64,000 nucleotides of DNA from the NCBI GenBank assembly GCA_030600585.1, contig JAUVLU010000001.1:57071-121070 (forward strand), in the 5' to 3' direction. Below, piece by piece: positions 1-10,024 of this stretch (position 1 is the stretch's first letter; the number at the start of each line of letters is the position of its first letter). The translations under genes and the position numbers were made by a program. The stretch is from Candidatus Cloacimonadota bacterium. GTDB taxonomy: Bacteria; Cloacimonadota; Cloacimonadia; Cloacimonadales; TCS61. Under the pieces are notes generated by a model. That model was not told the DNA's origin. It did no database searches and worked only from the letters and a program-made list of their open reading frames with translations.

Positions 1-1485
1 AATATAAAAGGCTTCAGTAATATTTTCCAGATCATGCTGTTTAAGTTTCAATTTATCCAGAAATCCAATCTCTTTTGTGTTGAAATTCATTTCCATATGC
101 TGCTTTTTAGACATCCTAATCGCCTCTTTGGAAATTGCATGTTCAATCGCAATTTGCGGAGCAGCAGATGGATTGAAGGTAGGGTAGAGCATTTTGTTGG
201 CGATGTAATTGGTTATGTAGTTGTCATCTAATCCATTGGGAAGCCACTTTTTAATATTGGAATAACCGGTGTCTTTAAGCACATTGGAAATACTGTAGCT
301 CAAACCGTAATTTGCGCTCACAGTTCTGAAATATTCTCCCATTATATTGGAAAAAATATCGGTGGTAGCTCCTCCAATATCAACAGCCATTACATTTTCA
401 TCCAGTTTTTCACTTATAAGCTGCAATGAATTTATCACGCTCATCGGTGTAGGAATAATGTCGTCGTTCACGATTTTCTTCAGGTGGGAATATCCGGGAG
501 CCTGTTCCATCACATTATCCATAAAAAGTTGGTGGATCTTTTCTCTGGCTGGCTGAAGGTTCTCTTCTGTAAGTTTAGGTCGCAGATTTGGAACGATAAA
601 GAGGTCGAATTTTTTACTAAATAATCCTGCGATGAATGACCTTGCTTCAGTATTGCCGGCAAACACAAGCGGGATATTGGCTTTATCTCCAAATTTTGGA
701 CTGGGATTTGCTAATTGAAGGATTTCTCCAAGACGTAAAATGGATGAAATAGCTCCGCCGTCAATACCTCCGCACATGAGGATTATATCCGGGTGTAAAA
801 CGCTCATTGCCTGCATCTGTTCCAAGCTGCTGCGTTTGTCATCTATCGCAAATGTATCGAGGATCACTCCACCTGCTCCGAAGGCAGTTCTCTTACCGCT
901 GCTGGCAGAATCAAATAAAGTTAACCCGATCACCAATATCTGCAGTCCGCCCCCGGCACTGCTTGTTGTTAGATATAAAGTATCATCATTAAATATAATT
1001 TTAGATTCATTTGAATCGGGTGTCAAAAGGGGAATACCGGATTCTTTTTCAATATGTTTTATTGCCATATAAACACCAATATTAACATCTTCCAATGGCT
1101 TTTCCACCGTGGTGGCTGCATGATGCAAAGATTTTAATTTAAACTCATTACCGGTTTTTTGGAGCAGGATCGCTTTAGTTGTGGTGCTTCCCACATCGGT
1201 AATTACAATGTTCTTTTTGGAAGTGATAAGATTTCCCTGCTTTGCCCAATGTGGAATTTGTGAAACATTTTCCATTGCCATTTTTCCTGCTTCCTCCTCA
1301 GAGAGTGACATCTGCTTCATCAGCCTATTTTTGATCTCTTCAATGACCTGGGAATATCTTCTCATATATCCAAATTCATCTGTGCACTGGTTGCAGTAAT
1401 CACTACCGATCTTTCCATCAGCAAAGTCTTCAGCTTGTTTTAAAACTTTTCCACAACTTTTGCAAATATAAACTTTTTTCATCAT
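1..1485 (-). CDS. Glutamate mutase L (GlmL/MutL)-family ASKHA ATPase with N-terminal zinc-ribbon domain; runs off the left edge (absent from ORF track)
   Basis: Manual translation from ATG 1485/1482 (GGAGG upstream): MMKKVYICKSCGKVL...DYCNQC...IPHW, then TDVGSTTTKA, TTSSAGGGL, CGGIDGG, FAGN, PNLRP, VDIGGATTD; frame open to position 1. Confidence 0.85.
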   Translation of the reverse strand, partial: MMKKVYICKSCGKVLKQAEDFADGKIGSDYCNQCTDEFGYMRRYSQVIEEIKNRLMKQMSLSEEEAGKMAMENVSQIPHWAKQGNLITSKKNIVITDVGSTTTKAILLQKTGNEFKLKSLHHAATTVEKPLEDVNIGVYMAIKHIEKESGIPLLTPDSNESKIIFNDDTLYLTTSSAGGGLQILVIGLTLFDSASSGKRTAFGAGGVILDTFAIDDKRSSLEQMQAMSVLHPDIILMCGGIDGGAISSILRLGEILQLANPSPKFGDKANIPLVFAGNTEARSFIAGLFSKKFDLFIVPNLRPKLTEENLQPAREKIHQLFMDNVMEQAPGYSHLKKIVNDDIIPTPMSVINSLQLISEKLDENVMAVDIGGATTDIFSNIMGEYFRTVSANYGLSYSISNVLKDTGYSNIKKWLPNGLDDNYITNYIANKMLYPTFNPSAAPQIAIEHAISKEAIRMSKKQHMEMNFNTKEIGFLDKLKLKQHDLENITEAFYI

Positions 1486-1500
1486 TCCTCCCAAAAAGGG

Positions 1501-3606
1501 TTATTCTTCAGGAATTTTCATCCCGAGCATATTCATCAAGAAAGCCCAGGTATCCGCAACTCTTTCAATTTGCATCGAGAGAGTTGTGCCTCCGCCATGA
1601 CCGGCATTTTTGCTGATCATAAGCAGGATCGGTTCACCCTCCGGATTTGCTTCCTGCATGCGGGCAACCATCTTACGAGCATGCAAAGGATCGACACGGG
1701 CATCATTTTCTCCTGCTGAAATAATAATAGCCGGATAGTCTGTTCCATTTACGACATTGTGATATGGAGAATATTTATACAAATATTCAAACTGCTGCGA
1801 ATCTTCAGAACTGCCGTATTCATCTTTCCAATATCTGGCAGGACCAAATTTGTGATAGCGTATCATATCGAGAAGAGGAACACCACAATTTACAACCTTG
1901 AATAGTTCAGGTTTTTGCACTGTTACTGCTCCCACCAAAAGACCTCCATTACTTCCACCTGAAATTGCCAGTTTTTCGGGACTTGTATATTTATTTTTGA
2001 TAAGCCACTCGGCAGCAGCAATAAAGTCATCAAACACATTCTGCTTATTTTCCTTCATGCCTGCTTCATGCCATTTTTTTCCATATTCTCCACCTCCGCG
2101 CAAATTAGGAATCGCCAGCATTCCTCCAGCTTCAAGCCAGACAATATTCGATGTTGAAAAATAGGGAGTTTGGGAATAGTTGAATCCGCCATAACCCGAA
2201 AGTCTAACAGGATTATTTCCATCTTTTTTCAGATCTTTTCTATATATAAGAAACATTGAAATTGGTGTTCCATCTTTGGAATTATACCAGATTTGTTCGG
2301 AAGTATAATTCTCCACATCGATAGCGAGTGGAAATTCTTTATAAATATCTAACTTGTCATTTTGGAAATCATATTTGTAAGTAACACTTGGATAAATAAA
2401 GGAAGAGAAATTTACCCATACATCATCTTGCGACCAATAACCGCTTACATAGGCGGTTCCGAGTGTTGGGAAAGATAGATCCCTGATATAATTACCTTCC
2501 AAAGAATATATCTTGATAACCGTGTAAGCATTGTGTTGATAAACTGCATAAATATGACCGGCAATCGCATTGATATAATAGAGTTTATCTTTTTGTTCCG
2601 GTAAAAATTCTTGCCAGAATTCCCGCTGCGGATGATCAATATCAGTAATATAGACTTTCCCATTCGGAGCATCTTTATCTGTCTTTATCAGTATTTTGTC
2701 ATTCACAATATCTACGGAATAAGAGGCATCAAAACCGGTTGCGATCGAGATCAATTCTTCCTTTCCAAAATGTTTAAAATATATTTCATTCTTGTTGAAA
2801 AGACCTCGATAAAAAATAGTATATTTTCCACATTCAGAGATCCCAACACTATGATACATTTCCTTTTTATCTTTACTGTAATAGATTCTTTCGTCTTCAT
2901 CTGCAGAAGTTCCCAGTTTGTGAAGGTAAATCGAACCCCAATAATTTTCTTCTCCTTCGGGTACTTCACCTTTTAGGGGACAAGCTGAATAATAGAATCC
3001 GGAGTTATCCGGTAACCATGATGTTACATATTGTTTACGACCTCTCAAGGTATCAGGCAAAATTCTTTTAGTTTCAACTTCCATTATTTTTACAATAGGA
3101 TTCTCATTGCCTGCGACAGCTTTTCCAAAAGTATAATATTTTCCATCACGGGAAGAAGAAGTTCCACTCAAAGTTTCTTTAATATTCCAATTATTGGGAT
3201 CGATCAAAACTTCAGATTCCGCAGCTTCATTTTTTTTAGTTAGAATTCTCCATTTTTCATCATCTTTACGTTTTTCCCATAAGAAAATTCTCTCTCCATT
3301 TAATACCTTACTCGGTCTGCCGACATCGTCATAACGCCAAAGTTCATTAAATCTTTCTACCAGTTTTTCTCTTTGAGGAAGATTATCTAGAATCGATCTT
3401 GTAAATTTATCCTGTTCTTTTTCCCATTTGATTACTTCGGGATTTTCACCAGTTTCCAGCCAGCGGTAATTATCTGTAAGAACTGTGTTGTGAAGTGTGT
3501 CTTTTACCGCTATTATAGGAGTTTGGGGGTATTGCATTTGGGCTGAAACATTTTGGATTGAAATAGTTAAAGACAATATTAAAATAATTAAGTGGATTTT
3601 TTTCAT
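1501..3606 (-). CDS. Prolyl oligopeptidase (S9A), signal peptide
   Basis: DNYRWLE, GYGGFN, NLRGGGEYG, GGSNGGLL catalytic Ser, DARV Asp, GHG His. Confidence 0.95.
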   Translation of the reverse strand: MKKIHLIILILSLTISIQNVSAQMQYPQTPIIAVKDTLHNTVLTDNYRWLETGENPEVIKWEKEQDKFTRSILDNLPQREKLVERFNELWRYDDVGRPSKVLNGERIFLWEKRKDDEKWRILTKKNEAAESEVLIDPNNWNIKETLSGTSSSRDGKYYTFGKAVAGNENPIVKIMEVETKRILPDTLRGRKQYVTSWLPDNSGFYYSACPLKGEVPEGEENYWGSIYLHKLGTSADEDERIYYSKDKKEMYHSVGISECGKYTIFYRGLFNKNEIYFKHFGKEELISIATGFDASYSVDIVNDKILIKTDKDAPNGKVYITDIDHPQREFWQEFLPEQKDKLYYINAIAGHIYAVYQHNAYTVIKIYSLEGNYIRDLSFPTLGTAYVSGYWSQDDVWVNFSSFIYPSVTYKYDFQNDKLDIYKEFPLAIDVENYTSEQIWYNSKDGTPISMFLIYRKDLKKDGNNPVRLSGYGGFNYSQTPYFSTSNIVWLEAGGMLAIPNLRGGGEYGKKWHEAGMKENKQNVFDDFIAAAEWLIKNKYTSPEKLAISGGSNGGLLVGAVTVQKPELFKVVNCGVPLLDMIRYHKFGPARYWKDEYGSSEDSQQFEYLYKYSPYHNVVNGTDYPAIIISAGENDARVDPLHARKMVARMQEANPEGEPILLMISKNAGHGGGTTLSMQIERVADTWAFLMNMLGMKIPEE

Positions 3607-3670
3607 TTTTTCCTCCGATATATTTTTTTGAATTTCATTTTTTCAAATACCATTGTGCTGTTTTCATCCT

Positions 3671-3695
3671 CGTTCCCAAGTTTTTCTTGGGAATG
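3671..3695. repeat. REP-like palindrome (GTTCCCAAG...CTTGGGAAT family)
   Basis: cgttcccaag tttt tcttgggaatg; relatives at about 33801-33830, 47593-47630 and 60664-60869. Confidence 0.7.
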
Positions 3696-3765
3696 TCCCG
3701 AGCTTTCAAGAGGGTTACAAAGAAAAACTTCGTAACCAGTATTCATTTTCATTTTCCCTCCGGAA

Positions 3766-4353
3766 CTATTGTACGGGAAGCAGAAGATCTTTCATTGTTT
3801 TAATTATTGACGGTTTAAATTTTTCGATCACGCTTCCTTGTTGTACAAAACTTGTTTTCAGGCTTAAATAGTAATTGATAGTGCCGAATAAAAAAGTGAG
3901 TGCGCTTGGAATATCGACCTGAGCATAAATATTCTGCTCGATACCTTTTTCTATCACCTGATGAAAATGTTCTCTTATAAGAGATTCTCTAAACAATATT
4001 TTTCGACGCAGCTCATCTTTGTAGTTAGGCAATTCGCGGGCAAGTGATGAAAAAAATCCTTCTTCCGCTTGAATAATATCTAAATATTGGCTTAAAAGAA
4101 TATTAACATCGGCAGTTTCTACTATCAGTTGTTTTATGTTGTTGCTGAATTTTGATAATTCTGCATCGAGCAGTTCAACGACCAACGAATCTTTATTTGG
4201 AAAATGCAGGAATAGAGTGCCGTGAGCAATGCCAGCAGCTTCCGCTATCTGTGATGTGGCAGTATTTATGATTCCTTTCTCAATAAATATTTGTTTAGCA
4301 GCAGCTATAATTTTTTCTCGCGTAAACTGTTTCTGGGCTTGACGTTTATTCAT
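3766..4353 (-). CDS. TetR/AcrR-family transcriptional regulator
   Basis: HTH TREKIIAAAKQIFIEKGI...QIAEAAGIAHGTLFLHFPNKDSL; start moved to ATG 4353 behind GGAGG. Confidence 0.92.
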   Translation of the reverse strand: MNKRQAQKQFTREKIIAAAKQIFIEKGIINTATSQIAEAAGIAHGTLFLHFPNKDSLVVELLDAELSKFSNNIKQLIVETADVNILLSQYLDIIQAEEGFFSSLARELPNYKDELRRKILFRESLIREHFHQVIEKGIEQNIYAQVDIPSALTFLFGTINYYLSLKTSFVQQGSVIEKFKPSIIKTMKDLLLPVQ

Positions 4354-4368
4354 CCATCCTCCAATTAA

Positions 4369-4382
4369 TGAGTATGCACTCA
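4369..4382. promoter_or_regulatory. Probable TetR autoregulatory operator
   Basis: Palindrome TGAGT-ATGC-ACTCA between a minus-strand TTGACA (4408-4413) and the TetR RBS. Confidence 0.55.
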
Positions 4383-4539
4383 CCGAGCAAATGGTCAGTT
4401 GTATTTTTGTCAATTTATTTTTTTATTTTATTAGTAATTCGGCTATAACTTTATTTTTGGATAAATTAATATTTGTATAGCCAAATCACACGAATCTGTG
4501 ATGTTAAGAAATAAAAAAAAATGTACCTTTAGTTTCATC

Positions 4540-4567
4540 TTGACATAAAAAAAACAGGAGAAATATT
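4540..4567 (+). promoter_or_regulatory. Putative sigma70 promoter of dnaE
   Basis: TTGACA at 4540-4545, AATATT 16 nt downstream. Confidence 0.4.
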
Positions 4568-4631
4568 AACTTACAGATTTTGTTTTTAAAATGATTCTAA
4601 AATAAGAAAAATTCTAAAAAAAGGAATTTAA

Positions 4632-7600
4632 ATGGCGTTTATTCATCTGCACAATCACACTCAATACAGTCTTTTAGACGGTGCATGCCGTACAGATAAA
4701 ATGATTGCTAAGGCTAAAGAATTCGGGATGCCGGCAGTTGCCATGACCGATCATGGAAATATGTTCGGAGTTATCGACTTCTACAATAAAGCTAAGAAAG
4801 AAGGCATTAAACCTATTGTCGGCATTGAAACATATATAATAAATCACGAATTTGACGATACAAATGCTAAAAAAGATATTAGACATCATCTGGTTCTACT
4901 GGCTCAGAATTTGCAGGGTTATAAAAATCTGATTAAACTCTCCTCAAAGGCATATTTGAATGGTTTTTACTATAAACCCAGAATTAACAAACGTCTTATC
5001 GCTGAATACTCAGAAGGTATTATTTGCCTTTCCGCCTGTCTCAAGGGAGAGATCCCTCATTTGCTTCTAAGCGGAAACCGTCAGAAAGCTGAAGAAGTAG
5101 TAAATTTTTATAAAAATATTTTTCCACAGAAATTTTATCTCGAAATTCAGGATCACGGAATAGAAGAGGAAAAGATCGTAGCTCCGATGTTGATCGAACT
5201 TGCTAAGGACACAAATACACCACTTGTAGTAACAAATGATTGTCATTATATTAATAAAAAAGATGCGGAAGCTCACGATGTTCTTCTCTGTATCCAGACC
5301 GGCAAATCATTATCAGATTCTAATCGCATGAAATATAATACAAACCAGCTCTATTTCAAATCGGAAGAAGAGATGAGACAGCTTTTCCCAGATCAATCAG
5401 AAGCTTATGAGAACACCATGAAGATAGCTGATCAGATAGATATGGAACTTGATTACAATGATTTTCTATTTCCGAAGATCGACATTCCAGAAGGTTATGC
5501 AAATTCCAAAGAATATTTGAAATTTCTCTGCTATGAAGCTGCGGAGGTCAGGTATCCCGAAATTACAGATGAGGTAAAACAGAGGATAGATTATGAACTT
5601 TCAGTGATCAATAAAATGGGATACAATGAATATTTTCTGATCGTGAAAGATTTCTGTGACGCAGCAAGGGAAATGGGTGTTCCTGTTGGTCCCGGGCGTG
5701 GTTCTGCTGTAGGCAGCGTTGTATCTTATTTGCTGGGAATAACACAGATCGAGCCGATGAAATACGGACTCTTCTTTGAACGCTTTTTAAATCCCGATAG
5801 GATCGGAATGCCTGATATCGATATTGATTTCTGTGCTGAAGGCAGAAGTAAGATCATAGATTATGTAGTTAAAAAATATGGACGTAAAAGTGTAGCTCAG
5901 ATCATTACCTTTGGAACTTTAGGTGCTAAATCTGTTATTAAAGATGTTGCCAGAGTAATGGATCTTCCTGCAGCAACTGCCAATGAAATAACAAAACTTA
6001 TACCTTCAACCCCGCGTATCTCACTCGAAAAAGCGTTAAAACAATCTAAGGAATTTGCTGATAAAATGTCAGAGAACGATATTTATTCTTCAATCCTTAC
6101 ATATTCAAAAGTCTTGGAAGGATTGGTTCGTCATACCGGTGTTCATGCTGCCGGAGTGGTTATAGGTCCCGGAAATTTGAGCGATTATGTTCCACTTGCC
6201 ACCAGTAATCAGAAGGGAAGTGAACAAGCAGTTTTAGTTCAGTATGAAGGTAAATGGTTGGATGATCTAAAAATATTGAAAATGGATTTTTTAGGTTTAA
6301 AAACGCTTACACTGATAAAGAAAACAGTGCAGCTTATAAAAAATTCGCAAGGCATTGATGTCGATATAAATAATGTTGATATCTCTGATAAAAAGGCATA
6401 TGAATTGCTCTCTAACGGACAGACCGACGGAATTTTTCAATTTGAATCCGCCGGAATGAAAAAATATCTCTCTGCATTAAAACCCAATAAATTTGAAGAT
6501 CTTATTGCCATGGTAGCACTCTATCGTCCGGGCCCGATGCAGTTTATTGATAAATTTATAAACAGAAAACAAGGTAAAGAAAAAATATCTTTTGTTCATC
6601 AGCTTACAGAAAATTCACTTGAAGAGACATATGGTGTAACCGTTTATCAGGAACAGGTAATGCAGATCGCTCGTGAGATGGGCGGTTTGAGTGGAGCAGA
6701 AGCTGATACTCTCAGGAAGGCAATTAGTAAGAAAAAACTGAAAACGATGGAAAAACTAAAGGTCAAATTTGTTGAAGGAGCTTCCAAAAATGGAGTTAAA
6801 CCTCACGTTATTGAGACTATTTGGAATAACTGGCTTGAATTTGCCAACTACGCATTCAACAAGAGTCATGCCACAGCTTATGCCTACATTGCTTTCCAAA
6901 CTGCATATCTCAAAACACATCATCCGGTTGAATTTATGGCAGCTCTATTATCATTGGAAGATAATCCCTCCAAAATTCCTTATTTTGTGGATGAATGCAA
7001 GTCAATGGGAATTGAGGTAATTCCTCCCAATATTAATAAAAGCCAAAATGAATTTGTAGTTCAGGGAAAGAAGATCCTCTTTGGATTGCATGCGATAAAA
7101 AATGTGGGCAGCGCAGCTATAAATGCTATGGTAAAAGATAGGAATAAATCTGGAGAATATAAAACAATATTTGATTTCTGTTCACGTTCAGATACAATGT
7201 GTGTGAATAAATCTGTATTGGAGAGTCTGATCGGATCAGGCGCCATGGATGAATTGGAAGGAAACCGTGCGCAGAAATATCAGACAATTGAGAGTGCATT
7301 GGAATTTGGTATCGGTGTACAAACGGAAAAGAAACGGGGACAGATGATGTTTTTTGATGTTCTTAATGATGATGAGGAAGATGATAATTACCAACCGAAA
7401 TTACCTTCTATCCATGAATGGTCACTTCAAGAAAAACTCAAGCATGAAAAACAAGTGCTGGGTTATTACTGGTCTGGTCATCCGCTTAATCAATATCGTG
7501 AATTTATTAAACTATTTGCAAATACATCATCAAATGTTTCTGAACAAACTTTAGATAAAATTCCATCCAAGATAGCCATTGCCGGGGTAGTTTCTGAAAT

Positions 7601-8078
7601 TATCAAAAAAATGGATAAAAAAGGAAATCCCTTTGCCATTATCATAATGGAAGATCTGAACGGAAAATTTGAAGTGACTCTTTTTAGAGATGACTATATG
7701 AAATACATCAGAACTATGCAGGAGGGACAAGAACTTTTTATTATAGGTAAAAAATCAAACTATTCCAATGGCGGTGATAATGTCTTGCGTGTTATTCCTA
7801 TAAAGGTAATGCACTTTGATGAATTGCAAAAAGAGCTTACCGGAGAGGTTTATCTCAAATTGAAAGAAACAGATTTCAGCGAAGAATTTTCGAATAAACT
7901 AAAAAAATATATGAAAGAAAACAGGGGTAACTTTGGCATCCATATCACTTTGGAAACTTCTTCATTTAAAACATTGAACCTTCATCCCAAAGATATTAAG
8001 ATATTCCCGAATGTACAGTTGAAAGAACTTTGTGAGGATATTGAAGGATTACATCCAAAGCTTACTTTAAATTTTTGA
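4632..8078 (+). CDS. dnaE: DNA polymerase III alpha subunit
   Basis: PHP motifs HLHNHTQYSLLDG and TDHG, GPGRGSA, PDIDIDF, KMDFLGL, FNKSH, C-terminal OB fold. Confidence 0.98.
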   Translation: MAFIHLHNHTQYSLLDGACRTDKMIAKAKEFGMPAVAMTDHGNMFGVIDFYNKAKKEGIKPIVGIETYIINHEFDDTNAKKDIRHHLVLLAQNLQGYKNLIKLSSKAYLNGFYYKPRINKRLIAEYSEGIICLSACLKGEIPHLLLSGNRQKAEEVVNFYKNIFPQKFYLEIQDHGIEEEKIVAPMLIELAKDTNTPLVVTNDCHYINKKDAEAHDVLLCIQTGKSLSDSNRMKYNTNQLYFKSEEEMRQLFPDQSEAYENTMKIADQIDMELDYNDFLFPKIDIPEGYANSKEYLKFLCYEAAEVRYPEITDEVKQRIDYELSVINKMGYNEYFLIVKDFCDAAREMGVPVGPGRGSAVGSVVSYLLGITQIEPMKYGLFFERFLNPDRIGMPDIDIDFCAEGRSKIIDYVVKKYGRKSVAQIITFGTLGAKSVIKDVARVMDLPAATANEITKLIPSTPRISLEKALKQSKEFADKMSENDIYSSILTYSKVLEGLVRHTGVHAAGVVIGPGNLSDYVPLATSNQKGSEQAVLVQYEGKWLDDLKILKMDFLGLKTLTLIKKTVQLIKNSQGIDVDINNVDISDKKAYELLSNGQTDGIFQFESAGMKKYLSALKPNKFEDLIAMVALYRPGPMQFIDKFINRKQGKEKISFVHQLTENSLEETYGVTVYQEQVMQIAREMGGLSGAEADTLRKAISKKKLKTMEKLKVKFVEGASKNGVKPHVIETIWNNWLEFANYAFNKSHATAYAYIAFQTAYLKTHHPVEFMAALLSLEDNPSKIPYFVDECKSMGIEVIPPNINKSQNEFVVQGKKILFGLHAIKNVGSAAINAMVKDRNKSGEYKTIFDFCSRSDTMCVNKSVLESLIGSGAMDELEGNRAQKYQTIESALEFGIGVQTEKKRGQMMFFDVLNDDEEDDNYQPKLPSIHEWSLQEKLKHEKQVLGYYWSGHPLNQYREFIKLFANTSSNVSEQTLDKIPSKIAIAGVVSEIIKKMDKKGNPFAIIIMEDLNGKFEVTLFRDDYMKYIRTMQEGQELFIIGKKSNYSNGGDNVLRVIPIKVMHFDELQKELTGEVYLKLKETDFSEEFSNKLKKYMKENRGNFGIHITLETSSFKTLNLHPKDIKIFPNVQLKELCEDIEGLHPKLTLNF

Positions 8079-8094
8079 TGTGAGGATTCTATAT

Positions 8095-9420
8095 ATGAAA
8101 AAAGCCATAATAATTATATTTATAACATTATTTTTTGCATTGCTTTTTTCAGAGCAATTGCCTGTCTCAGTTGATCTCAATAGATTTTTGGATGATGCAA
8201 GTAATACGATCTTTGACATAAACTATCAACTTCCTTATAATTCTCTTGGTTTTGAAAAGACAGATTCAGGATTTGCTGCCGGTCTCAAAGTTGAGTATTC
8301 AATATCAAAAGATGGGAAAATAGTAAATCAGGGTGATTTTACAAATAAGCTTATTTTCCCGAATCAGGAAATGACAAGATCAGGAAAATTATTCAGGGAC
8401 AAGCTATCTGTTACTTTGCCAAGATCAGTTTATACAATGCATATTTCATTCACGGATATTCATTCATCAATAAATTCTTCATGGTCGAAGAAATTTGTAA
8501 TACTGCAGAAAGATTCTTTTCTGAGTGATCTGGAATTTTCTTCCAACATAGTGTCGGATACAACGAATTATCTGGAGAATTTCCATCGTGATGATCAGCT
8601 TTTCTTTGTTAACTGCAACCATATTTATACTAAAGGAGAAGTAGATTCATTATATCTTTATTATGAATTAGGGAATATGCGATTTCCGGTTGGAACACTC
8701 TATGAGAAGATCAATATCATCAAAGATGATGATACGGTAAAGGTAATAATTAATGAATTGAACTGTCGCGGGAGTAAGGTTCCGCAAATGCGGAAGATAG
8801 ATATCTCCTATCTGGGAGAAGGTTATCATAATATCATTATTGAAGTTACTGATCCAATCTCAAATGCTGTGAATAAGACAGAAGATTATTTCAGTATAAA
8901 GAAAAAAAATGCGAGTAATTACAGACTTTTCGTAAATTTGGAAGATGAGATCATGCTTCTGAAATATTTTCTGCCTTCAGCTAAAACAAAGATCTGGAAA
9001 GATCTTACCGATGAAGGTAAACTTAAATTTATCGATAAATTCTGGGAAATTAACGATTTGGATACTTTTCCTAAGAAAAATGAATTTTATGAACTGATCA
9101 GAAAGCGGATTCAATATTGTAATGAACATTATTCACATTTCAAAGATGGCTGGAATACTGATCGGGGAAGAATATATATCAAGTTTGGTAAACCGGATGA
9201 TATCTTGTGCTATGATACAGGGCTTACAACGAAGTATGCACAAAAAAAATATGAGATATGGAAATACAGAGTGCATTATAATTACACCTATCTTTTCCTT
9301 GATTTTCAGACAAATGGAAATTATAAATTGATCTATAGCGATAATGATCCTAATGAATCAAGTTCTCCACATATGGAAGATTATCTGGGTGAAGACTTTG
9401 ATATGGGCTTATTAGATTAA
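8095..9420 (+). CDS. GWxTD domain-containing exported protein
   Basis: Signal peptide MKKAII...; GWNTDRGRIYIKFGKPD, YEIWKY; start at ATG 8095 after GAGGA. Confidence 0.9.
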   Translation: MKKAIIIIFITLFFALLFSEQLPVSVDLNRFLDDASNTIFDINYQLPYNSLGFEKTDSGFAAGLKVEYSISKDGKIVNQGDFTNKLIFPNQEMTRSGKLFRDKLSVTLPRSVYTMHISFTDIHSSINSSWSKKFVILQKDSFLSDLEFSSNIVSDTTNYLENFHRDDQLFFVNCNHIYTKGEVDSLYLYYELGNMRFPVGTLYEKINIIKDDDTVKVIINELNCRGSKVPQMRKIDISYLGEGYHNIIIEVTDPISNAVNKTEDYFSIKKKNASNYRLFVNLEDEIMLLKYFLPSAKTKIWKDLTDEGKLKFIDKFWEINDLDTFPKKNEFYELIRKRIQYCNEHYSHFKDGWNTDRGRIYIKFGKPDDILCYDTGLTTKYAQKKYEIWKYRVHYNYTYLFLDFQTNGNYKLIYSDNDPNESSSPHMEDYLGEDFDMGLLD

Positions 9421-9577
9421 GAATAATAATGGACATAATAAAAACAAATTTAAAAAAAGTTTGACACAAAGATAATATTAAACATTTTAGTTTCGCGTAT
9501 TAGTTCAAATGAGAAAAGCATATAGTACAAAAGTGGATACTATATATTTGTAACTGATAAAATTGATATTAATTAAG

Positions 9578-9949
9578 TTAGTAAGTGGGGATGAATGCTT
9601 CTTTGATATGTTTTAATGATGTATAGGTTCTACTTGTAAGAATAACAATTACATCGAAACGTGAAAACATATCTTCGTAGTGATGGTTTTTTGAGAGGAA
9701 ATAGGAAGCTGTTTTGGATATTTTTTTTCTTTTAGAAATTGATATGCTGTTCAGGGCAGAATCCAGATCGGTGGATCGTGTTTTAACTTCGATGAATACT
9801 AAGGTTTCGTTGTCTATAGCAATGATATCGATCTCACCATAAGGAGAATGAAAATTTGTCTTTATAATTTCGTAATTATTTGAAATTAGAAATTTTTTAG
9901 CCTGTTTTTCTCCTTTGGAACCTATATGTTTTATATTAGTGTTTATCAT
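9578..9949 (-). CDS. yraN: YraN/UPF0102 family nuclease-like protein
   Basis: GEKQAKKFL, GEIDIIA, LVFIEVKTR, RFDVI. Confidence 0.92.
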   Translation of the reverse strand: MINTNIKHIGSKGEKQAKKFLISNNYEIIKTNFHSPYGEIDIIAIDNETLVFIEVKTRSTDLDSALNSISISKRKKISKTASYFLSKNHHYEDMFSRFDVIVILTSRTYTSLKHIKEAFIPTY

Positions 9950-10024
9950 AAATGTAAAAAAAATCTTGACGTATTAATTGTCAATAAGTTAAAAAGAGAG
10001 TTGTTTTAAGACTCGGGGGTTATT

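Noticed and set aside
34-1399. Plus-strand ORFs in the track at the left end, and similar short antisense ORFs throughout
   Set aside because: They are shadows of longer, motif-bearing genes on the opposite strand
4632-8078. Intein in DnaE
   Set aside because: Length (1148 aa) and motif spacing are normal, with no splice-junction motifs
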